Below are positions 23,443 to 33,246 of a stretch of 33,246 bases of DNA, in pieces. The DNA is taken from NCBI GenBank assembly GCA_032718475.1, contig JAUCBJ010000438.1, positions 1 through 33,246 of the forward strand, in the 5' to 3' direction. The number at the start of each line of letters is the position of its first letter. The first letter of the stretch is position 1. Both the position numbers and the translations under genes were made by a program. The notes under the pieces were generated by a model. It did not search any database and was not told where the DNA came from. It saw nothing but the letters and a program-made list of their open reading frames with translations. The DNA is from Nemertoderma westbladi (lineage: Eukaryota > Animalia > Xenacoelomorpha).

Positions 23443-24481
23443 TGGTTATTATTTTTTTTTTAATATTCTTTAATCCATGCTAACGTACGCCCATAGTAAA
23501 ACATAATTATTAATACATAACATACACAATACATACAAGCACGATAAACCACAAGTAACATAAATTAATATGTAGGAAAAAATATATTAAGGCGAAGCGC
23601 GAACCTGCTTGTATGAATAGTGGCCAATGTAACCGCCCGTATTTGTCGACACGGTGGAACAACGAATTTATTGCATTGAATCTAATGTGACAAAATTTGG
23701 GTAAGTTGAGTTCCCCGAACATCAGTGAAACGCTACAGGCGTAGCTGTACCCGAATAGACGCCTAGCAATATTGTTATAGCCAACGCGCAGTTTATTATA
23801 TATGCTGAGACTGAGATTTCGCCTGGACCACAATGCATTGCAATAAAATTGCGTACAAAAGCATTGGAACAATTTACGCTTGATAGTTCTAGAACAAAAT
23901 TTAAATTTAGAAATAAGCAGATTCCCACGTTTATACAAACTATGAAGTTGATTTAAAATATCAAAGTTATCATCTGTTGAGTTATGTATTATGTGACCCA
24001 AGTATTTGTATTTAGAAACAGTCTCCAATTTCGAACAATTAACAGTAATATTGTTTGCAAGTAAATTTTTATTTGTTTTAGGTGTAAATATCATGAGCTT
24101 AGATTTTTTGACATTCACTTTAATGGAATGGGAATCTGCATATTTTTCATATATCTGTATAAGAGTGTTGAGCCCATGTATAGAATTAGAAGCCAAGGCT
24201 AGGACATCAGCATATATAAGTGGTTAGCCCGCTGGCCACTGACAACACAGCCGACGCTTGATTCGGTGAACTCGACACTGAGATCATCTACATAAAGGTT
24301 GTAGAATCTCGGTGACAAGATCCCGCCCTGTTTCATACCGTTGGATACGGTGAACGAAACAGACACGCAACCTCCCCACCGGACAGAAAGATGTTGAAAT
24401 CTGTACCAAAACCGTATAATGCGAATAAAAAATAATGGAACATTCCTGTCGATAAGCTTCGAAAATAATTTGTAATGACAA
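23443..24481 (-). mobile_element. Dead non-LTR retrotransposon (CR1/L2-group-like), RT C-terminal half
   Basis: NGMKQGGILSPRFYNLYVDDL; catalytic motif degraded to YADV with a 2-bp frameshift; KYKYLGH. Ends abruptly at the TCAC array. Confidence 0.85.
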
Positions 24482-25437
24482 TCACTCACTCACTCACTCA
24501 CTCACTCACTCACTCACTCACTCACTCACTCACTCACTCACTCACTCACTCACTCACTCACTCACTCACTCACTCACTCACTCACTCACTCACTCACTCA
24601 CTCACTCACTCACTCACTCACTCACTCACTCACTCACTCACTCACTCACTCACTCACTCACTCACTCACTCACTCACTCACTCACTCACTCACTCACTCA
24701 CTCACTCACTCACTCACTCACTCACTCACTCACTCACTCACTCACTCACTCACTCACTCACTCACTCACTCACTCACTCACTCACTCACTCACTCACTCA
24801 CTCACTCACTCACTCACTCACTCACTCACTCACTCACTCACTCACTCACTCACTCACTCACTCACTCACTCACTCACTCACTCACTCACTCACTCACTCA
24901 CTCACTCACTCACTCACTCACTCACTCACTCACTCACTCACTCACTCACTCACTCACTCACTCACTCACTCACTCACTCACTCACTCACTCACTCACTCA
25001 CTCACTCACTCACTCACTCACTCACTGACTCACTGACTCACTGACTCACTGACTCACTGACTCACTGACTCACTGACTCACTGACTCACTGACTCACTGA
25101 CTCACTGACTCACTGACTCACTGACTCACTGACTCACTGACTCACTGACTCACTGACTCACTGACTCACTGACTCACTCACTCACTCACTCACTCACTCA
25201 CTCACTCACTCACTCACTCACTCACTCACTCACTCACTCACTCACTCACTCACTCACTCACTCACTCACTCACTCACTCACTCACTCACTCACTCACTCA
25301 CTCACTCACTCACTCACTCACTCACTCACTCACTCACTCACTCACTCACTCACTAACTCACTCACTCACTCACTCACTCACTCACTCACTCACTCACTCA
25401 CTCACTCACTCACTCACTCACTCACTCACTCACTCAC
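24482..25437. repeat. Array 1: (TCAC)n-(TGACTCAC)n-(TCAC)n
   Basis: 8-mer block at ~25026-25177; single TAAC variant at ~25354. Confidence 0.95.
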
Positions 25438-26835
25438 TTTGGCTAAAGTTGCTACATTCTGTTTTACTAATGGATGACACAGCGGTGCTTGCAACAAATA
25501 GATTGGCCGCTTTGGCCAAGCTGGATATACTAATTAATTTTTGCAAGTCTTCTGGTATGACATTGAACGAGAAGAAATCGATGTTTATGGTGATAAACGG
25601 CACTCTGAGTGACAGGGAAGATATCATTCTGGAAGAGTATACCATAAAACATACTTCATCATATATTTATCTTGGCTCACCAATCACCAGTGATGGTTTA
25701 GTATCAACTGCAGTATCCCTCCATGCATCTGCGAAACAATGCCATCGGCTTAAGTACAGTTCATTTCTAATGAAAAACCCGGACATTCCGTTTATGATTA
25801 AAAAACAAGTGTTCAATGCAGCAGTGGTGTCAGCAATAACATATGGTTGCGAAACGTGGTTAGGTGCTAATCTGAATGACGTCGAGGCTCTATATATGTC
25901 AATGGTAAGGAGTTTGCTAGGTGTTAGACCCACCACGTGTGGAGACATATGTCTCATTGAAGCGGGAATCCCTGACTTGAAATCGTTGGTACGTGAGAGA
26001 CAACGAAAGTTCCTTACTAAATTCAAGGTTATTGAAGACTCCCCTCTTGCTGTCGCAATAGAAATATCGAAAGATGGTAACACATCGATGTCCGCGAAAA
26101 TAGATTCTTTGAAATCAGAACAGCGTAATGTTATAGACGAAGGTTCCCGACTCGTCAAGAAAAACGTTTCACTTTCAACGAGTACGAAACGCCACCTGTT
26201 CAAGCTAATGAACCCGGACCTAACTTCCCCCCAGCTCTATTGTGACCCCTCAGTTCCCGAACGTCATCGCATCCCCTGGACCCGTTTTCGGCTGGGTAGC
26301 CATAACTTCCCAGTAGAACGGATGAGATGGAAGAGGGCTAAACCCGAGGACCGAGTTTGTGGATGTGGTGGGATTCAGACCGAAGCCCATATAGTTGTAG
26401 ATTGTCCTATGACAAGGACGTTAAGACGAGAATGCGCCCCCCTGTCTTGGTTATCTATGACTGAGATGTTCTGTCTGGATAACCAAGCCAAAATAGCAAA
26501 ATTTATCTCAAAATTAGATAATGTATTCGATTGAGTAAACAGCCCGATATATGTAATGTTTGATATATTTAGTTAGTATTATGTGTGTTTGTGTGTTTGT
26601 TGGGAATATAAATATATGTTACTCTACTATGTATTACATCTGGTCCTCACACGGCTATAATGTTGTCTATATAAGCATCTGTAATATTTTTGTATGATAA
26701 TGTGCTGTCTTATTTTGAGGGTGACGGTAGATATTTTGATTTGTACGTCTCATTTTGTATCTTGTTTAGTGCATATTACCGATGTTAGTTATGTAACAGT
26801 TAATGTGAAGACAATAAACAATCAATCAATCAATC
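25438..26835 (+). mobile_element. 5'-truncated LINE (possibly RTEX-like), copy 1; ORF 25449-26534 uninterrupted
   Basis: RT motif LMDD, YIYLG, C-terminal RFRLGSH..RVCGCG..EAHIVVDC zinc knuckle, ~290-bp 3' UTR, AATAAA, (AATC)4 tail. Confidence 0.9.
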
Positions 26836-29800
26836 ACTCACTCACTCACTCACTCACTCACTCACTCACTCACTCACTCACTCACTCACTCACTCACTCA
26901 CTCACTCACTCACTCACTCACTCACTCACTCACTCACTCACTCACTCACTCACTCACTCACTCACTCACTCACTCACTCACTCACTCACTCACTCACTCA
27001 CTCACTCACTCACTCACTCACTCACTCACTCACTCACTCACTCACTCACTCACTCACTCACTCACTCACTCACTCACTCACTCACTCACTCACTCACTCA
27101 CTCACTCACTCACTCACTCACTCACTCACTCACTCACTCACTCACTCACTCACTCACTCACTCACTCACTCACTCACTCACTCACTCACTCACTCACTCA
27201 CTCACTCACTCACTCACTCACTCACTCACTCACTCACTCACTCACTCACTCACTCACTCACTCACTCACTCACTCACTCACTCACTCACTCACTCACTCA
27301 CTCACTCACTCACTCACTGACTCACTGACTCACTGACTCACTGACTCACTCACTCACTCACTCACTCACTCACTCACTCACTCACTCACTCACTGACTCA
27401 CTGACTCACTGACTCACTGACTCACTGACTCACTGACTCACTGACTCACTGACTCACTGACTCACTGACTCACTGACTCACTGACTCACTGACTCACTGA
27501 CTCACTGACTCACTGACTCACTGACTCACTGACTCACTGACTCACTGACTCACTGACTCACTGACTCACTGACTCACTGACTCACTGACTCACTGACTCA
27601 CTGACTCACTGACTCACTGACTCACTGACTCACTGACTCACTGACTCACTGACTCACTGACTCACTGACTCACTGACTCACTGACTCACTGACTCACTGA
27701 CTCACTGACTCACTGACTCACTGACTCACTGACTCACTGACTCACTGACTCACTGACTCACTGACTCACTGACTCACTGACTCACTGACTCACTGACTCA
27801 CTGACTCACTGACTCACTGACTCACTGACTCACTGACTCACTGACTCACTGACTCACTGACTCACTGACTCACTGACTCACTGACTCACTGACTCACTGA
27901 CTCACTGACTCACTGACTCACTGACTCACTGACTCACTGACTCACTGACTCACTGACTCACTGACTCACTGACTCACTGACTCACTGACTCACTGACTCA
28001 CTGACTCACTGACTCACTGACTCACTGACTCACTGACTCACTGACTCACTGACTCACTGACTCACTGACTCACTGACTCACTGACTCACTGACTCACTGA
28101 CTCACTGACTCACTGACTCACTGACTCACTGACTCACTGACTCACTGACTCACTGACTCACTGACTCACTGACTCACTGACTCACTGACTCACTGACTCA
28201 CTGACTCACTGACTCACTGACTCACTGACTCACTGACTCACTGACTCACTGACTCACTGACTCACTGACTCACTGACTCACTGACTCACTGACTCACTGA
28301 CTCACTGACTCACTGACTCACTGACTCACTGACTCACTGACTCACTGACTCACTGACTCACTGACTCACTGACTCACTGACTCACTGACTCACTGACTCA
28401 CTGACTCACTGACTCACTGACTCACTGACTCACTGACTCACTGACTCACTGACTCACTGACTCACTGACTCACTGACTCACTGACTCACTGACTCACTGA
28501 CTCACTGACTCACTGACTCACTGACTCACTGACTCACTGACTCACTGACTCACTGACTCACTGACTCACTGACTCACTGACTCACTGACTCACTGACTCA
28601 CTGACTCACTGACTCACTGACTCACTGACTCACTGACTCACTGACTCACTGACTCACTGACTCACTGACTCACTGACTCACTGACTCACTGACTCACTGA
28701 CTCACTGACTCACTGACTCACTGACTCACTGACTCACTGACTCACTGACTCACTGACTCACTGACTCACTGACTCACTGACTCACTGACTCACTGACTCA
28801 CTGACTCACTGACTCACTGACTCACTGACTCACTGACTCACTGACTCACTGACTCACTGACTCACTGACTCACTGACTCACTGACTCACTGACTCACTGA
28901 CTCACTGACTCACTGACTCACTGACTCACTGACTCACTGACTCACTGACTCACTGACTCACTGACTCACTGACTCACTGACTCACTGACTCACTGACTCA
29001 CTGACTCACTGACTCACTGACTCACTGACTCACTGACTCACTGACTCACTGACTCACTGACTCACTGACTCACTGACTCACTGACTCACTGACTCACTGA
29101 CTCACTGACTCACTGACTCACTGACTCACTGACTCACTGACTCACTGACTCACTCACTCACTCACTCACTCACTCACTCACTCACTCACTCACTCACTCA
29201 CTCACTCACTCACTCACTCACTCACTCACTCACTCACTCACTCACTCACTCACTCACTCACTCACTCACTCACTCACTCACTCACTCACTCACTCACTCA
29301 CTCACTCACTCACTCACTCACTCACTCACTCACTCACTCACTCACTCACTCACTCACTCACTCACTCACTCACTCACTCACTCACTCACTCACTCACTCA
29401 CTCACTCACTCACTCACTCACTCACTCACTCACTCACTCACTCACTCACTCACTCACTCACTCACTCACTCACTCACTCACTCACTCACTCACTCACTCA
29501 CTCACTCACTCACTCACTCACTCACTCACTCACTCACTCACTCACTCACTCACTCACTCACTCACTCACTCACTCACTCACTCACTCACTCACTCACTCA
29601 CTCACTCACTCACTCACTCACTCACTCACTCACTCACTCACTCACTCACTCACTCACTCACTCACTCACTCACTCACTCACTCACTCACTCACTCACTCA
29701 CTCACTCACTCACTCACTCACTCACTCACTCACTCACTCACTCACTCACTCACTCACTCACTCACTCACTCACTCACTCACTCACTCACTCACTCACTCA

Positions 29801-30317
29801 CTCACTCACTCACTCACTCACTCACTCACTCACTCACTCACTCACTCACTCACTCACTCACTCACTCACTCACTCACTCACTCACTCACTCACTCACTCA
29901 CTCACTCACTCACTCACTCACTCACTCACTCACTCACTCACTCACTCACTCACTCACTCACTCACTCACTCACTCACTCACTCACTCACTCACTCACTCA
30001 CTCACTCACTCACTCACTCACTCACTCACTCACTCACTCACTCACTCACTCACTCACTCACTCACTCACTCACTCACTCACTCACTCACTCACTCACTCA
30101 CTCACTCACTCACTCACTCACTCACTCACTCACTCACTCACTCACTCACTCACTCACTCACTCACTCACTCACTCACTCACTCACTCACTCACTCACTCA
30201 CTCACTCACTCACTCACTCACTCACTCACTCACTCACTCACTCACTCACTCACTCACTCACTCACTCACTCACTCACTCACTCACTCACTCACTCACTCA
30301 CTCACTCACTCACTCAC
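26836..30317. repeat. Array 2: (TCAC)n-(TGACTCAC)n-(TCAC)n
   Basis: Main 8-mer block ~27394-29153; short block ~27318-27349. Confidence 0.95.
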
Positions 30318-31715
30318 TTTGGCTAAAGTTGCTACATTCTGTTTTACTAATGGATGACACAGCGGTGCTTGCAACAAATAGATTGGCCGCTTTGGCCAAG
30401 CTGGATATACTAATTAATTTTTGCAAGTCTTCTGGTATGACATTGAACGAGAAGAAATCGATGTTTATGGTGATAAACGGCACTCTGAGTGACAGGGAAG
30501 ATATCATTCTGGAAGAGTATACCATAAAACATACTTCATCATATATTTATCTTGGCTCACCAATCACCAGTGATGGTTTAGTATCAACTGCAGTATCCCT
30601 CCATGCATCTGCGAAACAATGCCATCGGCTTAAGTACAGTTCATTTCTAATGAAAAACCCGGACATTCCGTTTATGATTAAAAAACAAGTGTTCAATGCA
30701 GCAGTGGTGTCAGCAATAACATATGGTTGCGAAACGTGGTTAGGTGCTAATCTGAATGACGTCGAGGCTCTATATATGTCAATGGTAAGGAGTTTGCTAG
30801 GTGTTAGACCCACCACGTGTGGAGACATATGTCTCATTGAAGCGGGAATCCCTGACTTGAAATCGTTGGTACGTGAGAGACAACGAAAGTTCCTTACTAA
30901 ATTCAAGGTTATTGAAGACTCCCCTCTTGCTGTCGCAATAGAAATATCGAAAGATGGTAACACATCGATGTCCGCGAAAATAGATTCTTTGAAATCAGAA
31001 CAGCGTAATGTTATAGACGAAGGTTCCCGACTCGTCAAGAAAAACGTTTCACTTTCAACGAGTACGAAACGCCACCTGTTCAAGCTAATGAACCCGGACC
31101 TAACTTCCCCCCAGCTCTATTGTGACCCCTCAGTTCCCGAACGTCATCGCATCCCCTGGACCCGTTTTCGGCTGGGTAGCCATAACTTCCCAGTAGAACG
31201 GATGAGATGGAAGAGGGCTAAACCCGAGGACCGAGTTTGTGGATGTGGTGGGATTCAGACCGAAGCCCATATAGTTGTAGATTGTCCTATGACAAGGACG
31301 TTAAGACGAGAATGCGCCCCCCTGTCTTGGTTATCTATGACTGAGATGTTCTGTCTGGATAACCAAGCCAAAATAGCAAAATTTATCTCAAAATTAGATA
31401 ATGTATTCGATTGAGTAAACAGCCCGATATATGTAATGTTTGATATATTTAGTTAGTATTATGTGTGTTTGTGTGTTTGTTGGGAATATAAATATATGTT
31501 ACTCTACTATGTATTACATCTGGTCCTCACACGGCTATAATGTTGTCTATATAAGCATCTGTAATATTTTTGTATGATAATGTGCTGTCTTATTTTGAGG
31601 GTGACGGTAGATATTTTGATTTGTACGTCTCATTTTGTATCTTGTTTAGTGCATATTACCGATGTTAGTTATGTAACAGTTAATGTGAAGACAATAAACA
31701 ATCAATCAATCAATC
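30318..31715 (+). mobile_element. 5'-truncated LINE, copy 2; ORF 30329-31414
   Basis: Same 361-aa translation and same 5' and 3' junctions as copy 1; offset 4880 bp. Confidence 0.9.
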
Positions 31716-33246
31716 ACTCACTCACTCACTCACTCACTCACTCACTCACTCACTCACTCACTCACTCACTCACTCACTCACTCACTCACTCACTCACTCA
31801 CTCACTCACTCACTCACTCACTCACTCACTCACTCACTCACTCACTCACTCACTCACTCACTCACTCACTCACTCACTCACTCACTCACTCACTCACTCA
31901 CTCACTCACTCACTCACTCACTCACTCACTCACTCACTCACTCACTCACTCACTCACTCACTCACTCACTCACTCACTCACTCACTCACTCACTCACTCA
32001 CTCACTCACTCACTCACTCACTCACTCACTCACTCACTCACTCACTCACTCACTCACTCACTCACTCACTCACTCACTCACTCACTCACTCACTCACTCA
32101 CTCACTCACTCACTCACTCACTCACTCACTCACTCACTCACTCACTCACTCACTCACTCACTCACTCACTCACTCACTCACTCACTCACTCACTCACTCA
32201 CTCACTCACTCACTCACTCACTCACTCACTCACTCACTCACTCACTCACTCACTCACTCACTCACTCACTCACTCACTCACTCACTCACTCACTCACTCA
32301 CTCACTCACTCACTCACTCACTCACTCACTCACTCACTCACTCACTCACTCACTCACTCACTCACTCACTCACTCACTCACTCACTCACTCACTCACTCA
32401 CTCACTCACTCACTCACTCACTCACTCACTCACTCACTCACTCACTCACTCACTCACTCACTCACTCACTCACTCACTCGACTCACTGACTCAATGACTC
32501 ACTGACTCACTGACTCACTGACTCACTGACTCACTGACTCACTGACTCACTGACTCACTGACTCACTGACTCACTGACTCACTGACTCACTGACTCACTG
32601 ACTCACTGACTCACTGACTCACTGACTCACTGACTCACTGACTCACTGACTCACTGACTCACTGACTCACTGACTCACTGACTCACTGACTCACTGACTC
32701 ACTGACTCACTGACTCACTGACTCACTGACTCACTGACTCACTGACTCACTGACTCACTGACTCACTGACTCACTGACTCACTGACTCACTGACTCACTG
32801 ACTCACTGACTCACTGACTCACTGACTCACTGACTCACTGACTCACTGACTCACTGACTCACTGACTCACTGACTCACTGACTCACTGACTCACTGACTC
32901 ACTGACTCACTGACTCACTGACTCACTGACTCACTGACTCACTGACTCACTGACTCACTGACTCACTGACTCACTGACTCACTGACTCACTGACTCACTG
33001 ACTCACTGACTCACTGACTCACTGACTCACTGACTCACTGACTCACTGACTCACTGACTCACTGACTCACTGACTCACTGACTCACTGACTCACTGACTC
33101 ACTGACTCACTGACTCACTGACTCACTGACTCACTGACTCACTGACTCACTGACTCACTGACTCACTGACTCACTGACTCACTGACTCACTGACTCACTG
33201 ACTCACTGACTCACTGACTCACTGACTCACTGACTCACTGACTCAC
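31716..33246. repeat. Array 3: (TCAC)n then (TGACTCAC)n to the window end
   Basis: Switch to the 8-mer at ~32480-32496. Confidence 0.95.

Noticed and set aside
25667-31083. 178-aa and 71-aa minus-strand ORFs in both LINE copies
   Set aside because: Antisense shadows of the RT ORF, with no motifs.
24475-32497. (THSL)n ORFs at 24475, 26694 and 31574
   Set aside because: Translation artefacts of stop-free (TCAC)n.
24482-33246. Canonical telomere with telomeric retrotransposons
   Set aside because: The repeat is not a telomeric motif I recognise, and the C-rich strand runs toward the right end, opposite to the usual polarity. It cannot be supported without chromosome context.

Overview
AT-rich, intron-containing eukaryotic (probably invertebrate animal) DNA with no intact host gene; it is a graveyard of mobile and viral sequence. 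Main contents: (1) a frameshifted endogenous viral element resembling the C-terminal part of an orthomyxovirus PA polymerase subunit (~7353-8770, minus); (2) two degenerate paralogous copies of an unrecognised spliced gene (Cys cluster plus GWxxxGW motif), one nested in the other's intron, downstream of a decayed DUF6589/Academ-like transposase in the same orientation; (3) a foldback hAT-type element with an 8-bp TSD, carrying a nested TTAA piggyBac-type element with ~162-bp internal repeats; (4) several LINE, SINE and MITE fragments; (5) from 24482 to the end, three (TCAC)n/(TGACTCAC)n arrays alternating with two apparently identical, identically 5'-truncated LINE copies whose (AATC)4 tail runs into the array. 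All family assignments come from recalled motifs, not database searches.
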